From assembly GCF_036971445.1 (NCBI RefSeq), contig NC_091474.1:161510001-161574000 (forward strand): a stretch of 64,000 nucleotides of DNA. The letters are read 5' to 3'. This document shows, piece by piece, positions 52,570 to 64,000 of this stretch. The stretch's first letter is position 1. Each line of letters starts with the position of its first letter. This DNA comes from Narcine bancroftii. Taxonomy: Eukaryota. Below the pieces are notes generated by a model that was not told where the DNA came from, ran no database searches, and saw only the letters and a list, made by a program, of their open reading frames with translations. A program made the translations under genes and the position numbers.

Positions 52570-54478
52570 CATACAGGTACCATAAGCAATTAAGAGAGCA
52601 AACAGTATGTTAGCCTTTAATGCATGAATATGAATACCAGAGCCAAGTCTTCTTGCAATTGTACAGAACTCAGCTGAAGGAACTCCTGGAGTATTGTGCA
52701 GTATATCCTTCTGGTTTCCCTATTTTAGAAAGGATATAATCAAAGGGATTGTAGATAAGAATCAGTGGACTGGTTCCTAGGATGACAGATTTGCATAAGA
52801 GGTGAGATTTAGTGGACAGGGACAGTACTCTTCAGAATTTGTATGAAAGGAAGGAGATTGCATTTAAGCTTATAACATTCTTCAAGTGCTTTATAGCCTG
52901 GATGCATGGAGGATGTTTTTCCTCACTGGGAAGCTGAAGGCTCTGTTTGAGGCTGGGGAAATGCCTTCTCTCAGCAGGGGGTGAATGTTTACAATCTTAC
53001 CCCTAATGCCTCAGTACTTATGTTTGATCAAAAACAGATAGATAGATCCTTGGACATTAAGAGGACAAAGGAATATGATGATAGTGGTGAGACTGATCAG
53101 TCATGAACTTGATGAATGGTGGAGCAGGTCAGAAGGGTCACATGGTCTATTCCTCTTCCTTTTTTCTTAGGGCTTGAATCTTATCCCAGAAATAACTTCA
53201 GTAAGTTAAATAAGTGCAACACATTTCAACCAACACAAAGGTGGAAAGATAGGCCAAGAATGGCCAAAACCATCATTGTTTCCTTAAGGGAAAATCTTGT
53301 TTGAAAAACCTATTGGAATCCTTTGAAGAAGTGACAGGTAGGCTGGGTAAAGGAGAGGTAGTAGATGCTGTGTATTTGAATTTTCAGAAGGCCTTTGACT
53401 AGATGCTGCATATGAGGCAAGATAAGAGCATGTGGTGTAACAGGAAACATAAGAGCATGGGTAGAGCATTGGGTGATTAGCAGGAAGCAGAGAGTTGGAA
53501 TACAGGGATCATATTCTGGTTGGTTGTCAGTGGTGCTTCACAGGGGTCGGTGTTAGAACTGCTTCTTTTTGTGTTGTATATCAATAATTTAGAATTTTAG
53601 ATTAATGGCTTTGTGGCCAAGTTTGCAGATAGTTGGAGTAGCAGGTATTGTTGAGGAAAAAGGGAAGCTGCAGAAGGACTGAGACAGATTAGAATGGGCA
53701 AAGAAGTGGTAAATGAAATACAATGTCAGAAAGTATATGGTCATGTACTTTGATAGAAGAAATAAACAGGCAGATTATTTTCTAAGTGGGGAGAAAATTA
53801 AAAATACCCAGATGCAAAGGGAAGTGTGCAGGATACCCTGAATGTTAACTTGCAGGTTGAGTCAGTGGTGAAGAAGGCAATTTAAGAGGAATAGAATATA
53901 AGAGCAGGGATATGATATTAAAGCTTTATAAGGCACTGGTGAGATTTCAAGGAGTATTGTGAGCAGTTTTGGGCTCCTCAATTAAGAAAGGGTGAGCTAA
54001 AAGGATGAGGGTTCTTAATAATAACTCTGGGAATGAAAGGGTTATCATACAAGGAATATATGATGACCCACAGCCTGTACTTATTGGTATTTAGGAGCAT
54101 CTCATTGAAACATTTTGAATGTTGAAAGGCATAGGCAGAGGTATAAAAGTATTTTCCTATAGTGGGAGAGTCCATTACAAAAGGGCACAGCTTCAGGATA
54201 GAAGGCCATCCACGTAGAACAAAGGTGCAGAGAAAATTCTTCAGTTAGAGGGTGGTGAATCTGTGTAATTTGTTGCTACAGATATTTGTGAAGGCCAAGT
54301 CATTGAGTGTATTTAAGACAGAGATTGATAGTTTCTTGATTTGCCAGGGCATCAAAGGTTATGGGGAGAAGACTGGGGAGTGGGGCTGAGTGGGAAAATG
54401 GATCAGCTGTGGATTGAATAGTGGGGCAGAATCAATGGACTGAATAGCCAATTTCTGCTCCTATGCATTATGGACTTA
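52570..54478 (+). mobile_element. Two consecutive degenerate CR1 3' fragments (52570-53160, 53290-54478)
   Basis: FQKAFD, QGSVL, KFAD and EYC.QFWAP remnants, plus CR1 3' UTRs. Confidence 0.75.
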
Positions 54479-54874
54479 TCCACCAGTAGTTTGTTCTAGA
54501 CTGAGAAAAGTCATTTAATTGAAAGTGATTCTGAGGCTTGATAAATTTGGTCACTGTTATCTTTCAAGCAATATGCAAATGGACTGATGGAAATAAATTG
54601 TGGAAATAATGCATTGCAGAGTCAGGACTTCTCTGCAGAAAAATGTTTGCACAAATGGAAGACAGGTTTTCTTTATTCATTGATTAATTACCATACAGCC
54701 TTCAATTTAGGTTGTTTGCTTACGTATTCCTTGATTTCATGTGGACATTTTTTAATTTGACATGTGAAAGAACACTAATTTCTTTATCAATGCATCTAAT
54801 CTTTTAATGACATAATTAACTTTGATCTCTTATAAATATAGATATGGAAATTGTCCCCTTCCAATGACTGATCA

Positions 54875-55474
54875 CACTGGACAATGAAGATTTTGTTTCC
54901 TAAAAACTTATGGGTGTACTTTATGGATTATGGGCTGCTGATCACAAAAATCACCTTAAAATCTTCTTATTACACACCGTTTCTTTATATATAACCTATT
55001 TTTGTGATTTCCTGTCATATTTTAAGTCTACTTCAAGCATACAAAATCATGAATTGCAACATTTCATTGAAAATTGATTTTCTGCATTCGCACTTAGAAT
55101 TATTCCCTGCTACCTTGGTGCAGTCAGTGACAAACATGGTGAAAGGTTTCACCAGACCATTGCAACCATGGAAAAGTGCTATCAGGGCAACTGGAATCCA
55201 TCAATGCTGGCTGACTATTGTTGGCACTGACATGAGAGGCCTCATATGCTGAGTACAGATGAGAATAAGCAACAAAACATTTTTAGGTCAGATGTGTCAG
55301 CACCATGATGCAATTAAGCATGCAAATTTAAATAAATGGCAATTTAATGTTTCTCCTACTTCTTACATGATTCAGCAAATCTGAAATTATCTTTGTGTAC
55401 ACCTTGAAGTTGTCTATTCCAACCTCCAATTTTTTTCAGGAAGCAAACCTTTTGAAAAAATGTGTTGTCCAATG
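54875..55474 (+). mobile_element. Internally deleted CMC-Chapaev3-type DNA transposon
   Basis: TIRs CACTGGACAA / TTGTCCAATG; frameshifted transposase tail SLKIDFLHSHL..FP..LGAVSDKHGERFHQ.IATMEK.YQGNWNPSMLADYCW. Confidence 0.75.
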
Positions 55475-55977
55475 TAGGATGATAATATTTCTGACAAGAT
55501 GGTAGGATGCCTTCTGTTTTGTACAAATAATGAAGACCATTATCTTAATACTTTTCATGTGCACTTTGTCTCTTCCTGATCTTTCACAAGGAACCACATT
55601 GTGATAATTAAAATGGTGAGTGTGATAATTCAACTCTGCTAATTCAACATATTTGACAGGAGCTAGAAAATACATATGAGGTGAGGTGAGTTGGTCTTAA
55701 ATTTTATATCTTTGCAGTTTGGATTTAAACCAAATGATTTTCATCCTGATTTATTTGCATTTTTCAAATTGGAAATATATTAAATATGTGCACAGTAAAT
55801 TGTTGTAAAACATAAAAGTCTGCAGACACTGTGATTGGATATAATGCTGGATATAATATAGATATCTATTAAAGATATACAACATGTATCTATACACTGT
55901 TTGACGAGGTGAGTTTCTCCAGCATTTGTGTTTTTATCACAGTAAATTGCTCATGGATTGTGTGAACAGCAATCTCA

Positions 55978-56196
<219 letters not shown>

Positions 56197-58509
56197 CTAA
56201 TGGACACCTTAAATCAACATAAATATGTTCTAAGGAGTTAAACAGTAAAGTCTGCAGATGCTGGGGTAGAGTGCAATACACAGTCATTGTAGAAAAACAG
56301 CAGGCCATGCAGCATCCATGATATCTGACAAAGGCCTCAGGCCCAAAATATTCGTTATCCTTTACTCCCTCTGTATGCTGTGTGACCTGCTGAGTTTCTC
56401 CAGCACATCTATACGTAAATATGTTCCAAGTACTTGTCATGTCTTAACAGATCTGCAATCCCAGACAACATCATTAAACTCTGTCATGGTAATTAGGTAT
56501 AATTAGCAACACAGAATTTGGTTCTGAATTTGAGTTGGCAATCCACAGTTCACGATATGAGGTTTATGCTCACGCTTGCTGTGAATACATTTTACAACAA
56601 GCAGGCAATAAGACAGATCTATGTGGAGTAAACCCGAACCCTCACGATGAGAAGAACAGATCTTAGATGTGGTGGAGGTTAAATTGGCAGGTCTGCACAA
56701 CCTAGCCCTAACTCAACCCCAATATGCCCCCATCAATTTAAACACTAGTTGATTTTGGGTGATTCTGTACACCTCTATGGAGAGACAGTTCTTGATAATA
56801 TGTTACAAGATTCTGTTACTCAGACTTTGGCAGCAGTTTCTTTTAAAGATGGTTGTTTTTGATGAATTGAGAGACCCAGCATCCAGGAGGTGGCAGCAGC
56901 CTGATCAAACAGACAGCTGGGATGAAGGGAGCGAAAAATGGCCCTTCAATGCACTTCATCAGCCAATCACATCCTGGCCACTTTTCTTTGCTTACTCCCA
57001 ATTATTTGCCAGTTGTCCTGATCCAACCCACATCTTTGACAGACTCCCAGCATAATTTTATTGTTAATTTCTAGACTTTTATGCACATTTATTCCTTGTC
57101 CCCCATTCTTCAATCATTACTTTCCCTCTCATGATCTTTCTTGGAACCCACTAATTCTGGTCATAATTCAATGTCCTAATCCACTCCCACCATCCCCCCA
57201 CACCCTATTTCCAGTTTTAAATACCACCATCACTCATTTGTGAAATTCATACTTCTCCTGATTGGCAGATACAGACTTTAGTGGCTCCTACCTATTTCTA
57301 GATGCGCTTCTGGTTCTTTTCTGTAAATATTGACACTATAAAGTTCAACTTTCAAAGCTGCAGTAAGCGTCCATCATCATGGAAGATTTTAGTCAGAGAT
57401 ACGATATGATGTGACATGAGAGCTCATTGTTGTATACGTACAGTAATTACAATAAATAGATGCACTAAAATAGCGCTGCCTCAGATACATAACATACACC
57501 AACAACAATATTATGATTAAATTACCATAATGTGCCAGGAGAAAGAAAAATAAAGAATAAATATAAAAGGATAAGTCAACCTATGTTCAGAGTGCAGTGA
57601 GTGCAACAAAACAAAAACGACACTTCAATCCGGCTGATAGATCTTTTGGGGATAAAGTTTGAACATAGAATATACCTTGCTCTATAATTATATAAATGTC
57701 TGCTTTAATTTATTCCCACTATCAATAATCTTATTGGTTTAGTTGCTCTACAAATGATTGTAAAGAATCTCATTCCTGCAGAGCCACAAGAGAAATGATC
57801 AAAGATATAGGATATTTACAAAATGTATTGATTTTCTGTGGCAATGCAAAGACAGGCTTTATTAATCAATAACATCTAATTTTCCATTTAACTTATTGAA
57901 AGATTTATACCAGGAATCCCCTGACACTGCAATTATCACTTGAAATATCTTAGATCAAAGATCAAGATAGCTTCTGGAGTTAAATTGCATAATGCTGGAA
58001 ACTGGGAGCTGCCATCTTAATGCACAATTAAAGCTTATCCTTTGACCTTGTGCAGGCGACATATAAAATCTATTAACAGGATTTTGATGAATAACCTGCA
58101 CTAAATATGATCTTGATTTTCTCAGCAGACAGCCAAGGAGCCAATTTATTGAACAGTCAGGTAGAGTTTAAGATGACTAGTAATCAATGATTAAAATATC
58201 CTGGGGCTCTGTAAAGAGAGCGTGCTCAAAGACTTCAATCGCAGGTGTTTGCGTCTTCTTGCGAAGCACATGCAAGAATGAGTATCCTGATATTCAATGA
58301 AACTCTGGAGTTTTTGGTCGACAATGCCGAGAAGAGAGAGGGCCAAGCAGTACTCCAGGGAATGAATGTGAGAATCCAAGCTCTATGAGCTTGGGCGTAG
58401 TGCTGCAAGTATTCAGTGACTGACTGTAATCTGCATGATCTAGCTCAATGTACATATTAGGAAATTTCATCTTCCAACTTAAGCCTCACCAGACTCACAC
58501 ACTGCTCAG

Positions 58510-61215
58510 TAAGAGGAGCAAATCTGCAGAGAGATAGCAGACAGCTACAGGAAACATAATGTTGTGATAGTTGGAGATTTTAATTTTCCGCCTATTGACT
58601 GGGACTCCCATACTGTAAAAGGGCTGGATGGCTCGGAGTTTGTCAAATGTGTTCAGGAAAGATTTCTAGATCAATATATAGAAGTACCAACTAGAGAGAG
58701 TGCAATACTGGGTTTTCTTTGAGGGGAACAAGACAGGACAGGTGACAGAAGTATGTATAGGGGAACATTTTGGGCCCAGTGATCATAATGTTTCAAGTTA
58801 ATTATGTAGAGGATAAGTCTGGGCCTCGGATTGAGATTCTAAATTGGAGAAAGACAAATTTTGAGGAAATGTGAATGGATCTAGTATGCGTGGATTAGGA
58901 CAAGTTGTTTTCAGGCAAGGATGTGTGAGGTAAGTGGAGAACCTTCAAAGGTGACATTTTGAGAGTAAAGAATTTGTATGTTCCTGTCAGGATTAAATGC
59001 AAGTTTAGCAGGCATAGGGGACCTAGTTCGGAAGAAGAGAGAGGTGTTAAACAGGCATGGCCAGCACCGGGGGGGGGGGGGGGTGCATTTGTAGCCATTG
59101 CCCCCCCAAATCCCCCCACCTGCAGCACTTGTGTTGCTCGTGTCCATGCGACATAAGCATGCACATTTGTCTGTAATATCAGGAGGGAGAACTGTGACGG
59201 CAGCACATGGAGGAGGTTCGAGGCAGGAGGTATGGCACCCGTCCCTGCGGTTACCATAATGCCCCCCCACCCTTGATTAGACTTGTTCTGACGCCGACTC
59301 TCATAGCAGGTATAAGTAACATGGAGCAAATGAAGTATTTGAGGAGTATAAAAAATGCAAGAAAAATCTCAAGAAAGAAATCAGGAAGGCTAACAGAAGA
59401 CATGAGGTTGCTTTGGCAGGCAACATGAAGGAAAATCCTAAGGGTTTCTACAGGTATATTAAGAGCAAAAGGAGAGTAAGGGACAAAATTGGTTCCCTTG
59501 AAGATCAGAGTGTTTGGTTTTATATGGAGCCAAAAGAGATGGGAGAGGTCTTACATCATTTTTCCCCCATAAGTATTCACTCAGAAAATGGGCACAAATT
59601 CATGGGAAGTAAGGAAAACAAGCAGTGAGGTCATGGAACGTAGACAGATTAAAGAGGAGGAAGTGCTTGTTGCCTTAAAGCAAATAAGGGTGGATAAAAT
59701 GCTAGGGCCTGACAAGATATTTTTCTTGGACCTTTAGGGAAGCTAGTGTAGAAATTGCAAGGGCTCTGGCAGAAATATTTAAAATGTCCTTAGCTACAGG
59801 TTTGATGCCGGGGGATTTGAGGGTAACTCATGTTCTGTTGTTCAAAAAAGGCTACAGAAATAACCATGGAAATTATAGGCCGGTGAGCTTGATGTTAGTA
59901 ATAGGTGTTCTAAGAGACCGGATATACAATTATTGGGATAGCCAGGGACTGTTTAGGATAGTCAACATGGCTTTGTGCATGGTAGGTCTTATTTAAACAA
60001 TCTTATAGAGTTTTTTGAGGGGGTTACTAGGAAAGTTGACAAAGGAAAGGCTGTGGATGTTGTCTACATGGACTTTAGAAAGGCCTTTGACAAGGTCCCA
60101 CATGGGAGGTTAGTCAGGAAGGTTCAGATGCTAAGTATTCATGGTGAAGTAGTGAACTGGATTCGACAATGGCTGGATGGGAGAAGCCAGAGAGTAGTGG
60201 CAGATGATTGCTCCTCAGACTGGAGGCCTGTTACTAGTGGTGTGCCTCAGGGATCCGAGGTGAGAACCCTGTTGTTTGTCATTTATATCAATGATCTGGA
60301 TGACGATGTGGTAAATTGGATCAGAAAGTTTGCAGATGACACTAAGATTTGAGGCTTTGTGGACAGCGAAGAAGGTTTTCAAAGCTTGTAGAGGAGATTG
60401 GACCAGCTGGAAAAATAGACTGAAAAATGACAGATGGAATTTCATATAGACAAGTGTGAGGTGTTGCATTTTGGAAGAACAACCAAAAAAGGACATAAAT
60501 GTTAAATGGTAAGGCACTAAGGAATGTGATAGAACAGAGGGATCTGGGAATACAGATAGATAATTCCCTAAAAGTGCCATCACAATTAGATTGAGTTGTA
60601 AAGAGAGCTTTTGTCATATTGACCTTCATAAATCAAAGTATTGAAAATTGGAGTTGGGATGTTATAGTAATATATGAGACATTGGTGAGGCTAAATTTGG
60701 AGTATTGTGTGCAGTTTTGGTCACCTAATTAGAGGAATGATATCAATAAGTAGAAAGAGAGCAGAGAAGATTTACTAGGCTGTGGCCTGAACTTCAGGAA
60801 CTGAGTTACAGGGTTAAACAAGTTAGGATTTTATTCCCTTTGCTTCTCCTTGAGGGGAGATTTGATAGAGATATTTAAAATTATGAGGGGGATAGACAGA
60901 GTAAATATAGGTAGGCTCTTTCACTGAGGGTAGGTGAGATACAAACCAGAGGACATGGGTTAAGAGTGAAAGGGAAAAGGGGGAACCTCTTCACACAGAG
61001 AGTGGTGGGACTGTAGAACGAGCTGCCAGCTGAAGAGGTAAATGCGGGCTCAATTTTAACATTTAAGAAGAATTTGGACAAGTCCATGGATGGGAGAGGT
61101 ATGGAGGCCATGGACTGGGTGCAGGTCGGTTGGACTAGGGAAAAAACAATGGTTCGGTACAGACTAGAAGGGCCAAAGAGGCTTGTTTCTGTGCTGTAAT
61201 GTTCTATGATTCTAC
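58510..61215 (+). mobile_element. CR1 LINE, about 2.7 kb, with an insertion at about 59050-59300
   Basis: VIVGDFNFP endonuclease; YMDFRKAFDKVPHGRL, GVPQGS and FADDTKI RT motifs; TTCTATG tail. Confidence 0.92.
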
Positions 61216-61369
61216 ACAAGGCTGAAAGGTTAATCAACATATTCACTAAGCTAAAGGGGATGGTGAGATTCCGGAGACTCAGTGATGAAAGAACAAATGA
61301 TTCAAATAGTTGGGCTATTTGAGGTGAGTGGAATGAGGTGAACAATTGCTAATCATCATAATTACTCAC

Positions 61370-61460
61370 CATACAACCCTTTTCTGGCAGGATTCACAAT
61401 AGACAGATCATTGCAGGGACTTCCACCGATCACCAGGTCAAATGGACCCCATTCCAATAG
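61370..61460 (-). CDS. DNMT3A: DNMT3A exon (human exon 18 equivalent), catalytic motif IV
   Basis: Manual translation [30 protein letters not shown](E). 91 nt; acceptor ttctttctcctcag, donor G|gtgagt. Contains the catalytic PCN cysteine. Upstream exons lie beyond the window end. Confidence 0.97.
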
Positions 61461-61829
61461 CTGAGGAGAAAGAACATCAAATGATTTCCAGTATAATCTT
61501 TCATCTTGCATTAATAACACTGCTGACATGTTTATTTAATGAGTTATAGCCTGTGTAAAATGTTGTATTCCATTGTATTACAACATAATATATTTGAAAT
61601 GATTGTTTGAAAATGGGATTTTCAGAGATTATCTGCCCACTTAACAGTTCAACTGCTGGGCAACTGGAAATGTTCAGCATTGGGAAAGAATTATGAAATG
61701 GGTGATACACTGCAGGCCAATTAGTTTTTTATGGCAACAAAAGCTGCTGCAAAATTCAATTGAGCATTACTATTGATCATATTTAATTGCACATCAGACA
61801 TTCAAATATCTAATCAGTGAAATATCTAT

Positions 61830-62787
61830 TTAGTGACTGTGGAGTTCCAGAGGGCACTGCTCTTTGTGATTTTTATGAATGACAGAGATGAAAAGGCGGA
61901 AGTATGGGTCAGTAAGTTTACAGATGATACGAAGGTTGGAGAAGTTGTGGATGGAGCTGAAAGTTGTTGTAGGTTACAAAAGGATATAAACAGGATGCAG
62001 AGTTGGGCAGAAGAGTGGCAGATGGTGGTCAATTCAGATAAGTGTGAGGTGATGCATTTTAGAAGGTCAAACCAGAAGGCTGAGTACAGGGTTAATGGTC
62101 AGATAATTAACAGTGATGATGAACAGAGGGTTCTTGGGGTCAAATCCATACATCCCTCAAGGTTGTTGTGCAGGTTGACAGAACAGTTAAGAAGGCCAAT
62201 GGATGATGGGCTTCATTAGTTGGGGGATTGAGTTCAAGAGTCAACAGGTCATGTTGCAACTCTACAAATCTCTGGTTACCCCACTATAGGATGTGGCAGC
62301 TATGGAGAGGGTACAGAGGAGATTTGCCAGGATGTTGCCTGGATTGGAAAATGTCTTATGAGGCAAGCTTAGCGAGCTAGGGCTCTCTTTGGAGTAAAGA
62401 AGAATGAGAGGGGATTTGATAGAGGTCTTCAAGATTCTGGGAACATAATTAAGGTGGACAGCCAGCACCTTTTTCCCCAGACCAGAAATAGCAAACATCA
62501 GGGGACATCGCTACAAAGTCAAGGGAGGAAAGTTGAGGGGATATATCAGGGGTATGGGGGGGGGGCGGTTTATACAAAGAGTTGTGGGTGCCTAGAATGC
62601 CTTGCCAGGGATGGTGAAGGAAGCTGAAACATTAGGGGCATTTAAGCGACTTTTAGACATGCACATGGATGTAAGTAAAATAGAGCGTTATGAGGTAGGA
62701 AGGGTTTAGTATTATTTGTTAGTAGGAATATATAGGTCAGCACAGTTTTGAGGACCAAAGGGCCTGTACTGTACTGGAATGTTCTAT
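61830..62787 (+). mobile_element. CR1 LINE 3' fragment
   Basis: KFTDDTKVG and WAEEWQM..KCEVMHF; same subfamily as 25875-27228. Confidence 0.88.
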
Positions 62788-63664
62788 ATATTTCTTCAGA
62801 TGTTTTGCACTGAGAATGTGCAAATCACCATTTCAGATAAATCAGGAATCATGTTCAAGGGTTTGGGCATGGCAGTTGAGGGAGACAGAAGGGTTTCAGT
62901 GAGGGTGCCGGAGCTGAGTAGAAACATCAGGATGATGGGGAGCTCCTATTGGCTGATGAACACATTAACCCCTGTGGCAGGGTTGTTGAAGCCATGCTTG
63001 CACCTACGGAGGAAGAGTGAAGTCCAAAGTAGAACTGCTCTGACAGGCAAGTTTTAAGTTATGTTGAAACAATGAAACATGCAAGGTGTCAGTGGCACCG
63101 AAAATAGAGCTGTTGCCTCCCAGTGTCAGAGAGTCAGGTTGAATCCTTACTTTGAATGCTTCCTGTGTAGGTTTTGCTCATTCTCCCTTGAGTTTTCTAC
63201 GGGAGATCTGGTTTCGTCCCACATCCCAGAGATGTGCTGGATGATGTGTTAGTTGATCACTGTAAATTGCTCCAACTATGTTGGTGAGTCATATAAGTTA
63301 TTGAGAAAGTGGGAAGAATAAAACGTGATTAATGTAAGATGAGTGTAAATGGATGGTTGATGGTCAGCACAGACATTTTTCAGTGCTGTATCTCCTGATG
63401 ATTCCATGATATTACAGGAGTTGTGAATTCTTTTGGTGTTGTGGGCTGCATCCAAAACAATCAAATAAATCACCGGCAGCAGTTGTGCCTAAGGAAGAGG
63501 AGCAAGGAGTCCAAAAGGCAAAGCCTGGAGTACTGCAGGAACAAGAGGACCATGAAGAAGAAGAGGCCAACAGGAGAATGACTTCAGTCAGTAGCCTCAT
63601 CTCTAATCACAATGGAGCAGAGAAGCATTATGATAAAAGATGTTCTCTTGTAGATAGCAAAATA

Positions 63665-63845
63665 TAGTCCCTGGAGGAACTCAGCAGGTCGAGCAGCATC
63701 AGGTGGAAAGTGAATTGTTGACACTTCGCTTCTCACCAAAACATTGACAATTCATTTTCTCCCACTGATGTTGCTCAAACTGCTGAATTCCTCTAATGAC
63801 TCTTTATTGTTCAAGATTCCAGCAATTGCAGTCTCATGTCTCCAC
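63665..63845. mobile_element. Fold-back remnant of a Penelope terminal repeat
   Basis: CTGGAGGAACTCAGCAGGTCGAGCAGCATC followed by its approximate reverse complement; similar remnants at 55810-55940 and 56240-56405. Confidence 0.6.
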
Positions 63846-64000
63846 TTCTCTTGTAGATAGATTTCATTAAAAAAGCCTGCAAATGGACGTCCCAATGCAA
63901 ATCAAGTTACCTTGCCACACAAAGATCACGAACGCAGCAGTAATCACCTGGAAAAGGATGGATCTTGCATACAAATACAATGCATGAAACTCGGCTACAA

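Overview
AT-rich, CpG-depleted vertebrate genomic DNA. The repeat families (CR1, L1, V-type SINEs, Penelope) suggest a cartilaginous fish, probably a ray; this is inference. The only protein-coding gene I can support is the 3' end of DNMT3A (de novo DNA cytosine methyltransferase) on the minus strand. Six exons are present, equivalent to human exons 18-23, at 61370-61460, 56011-56159, 45339-45424, 40487-40556, 13936-14054 and 4170-4311. They have GT-AG boundaries and matching phases, and splice into an open frame containing the PCN, ENV, RxR and TRD motifs. The 3' UTR carries a dense set of miR-29 seed sites. The 5-26 kb introns are largely transposon-derived: a full-length L1, a near full-length young RTE, many CR1 pieces, Penelope pieces, a BEL/Pao LTR element with four nested insertions, solo LTRs, SINEs, and hAT, Kolobok and Chapaev-type DNA elements. 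The long ORFs in the supplied track belong to these elements. I found no convincing new multi-gene system. The best leads are possible regulation of DNMT3A splicing (in-frame alternative donor, two frameshifting micro-exon candidates, inverted TE pairs around exons 20-21) and the TE architectures.
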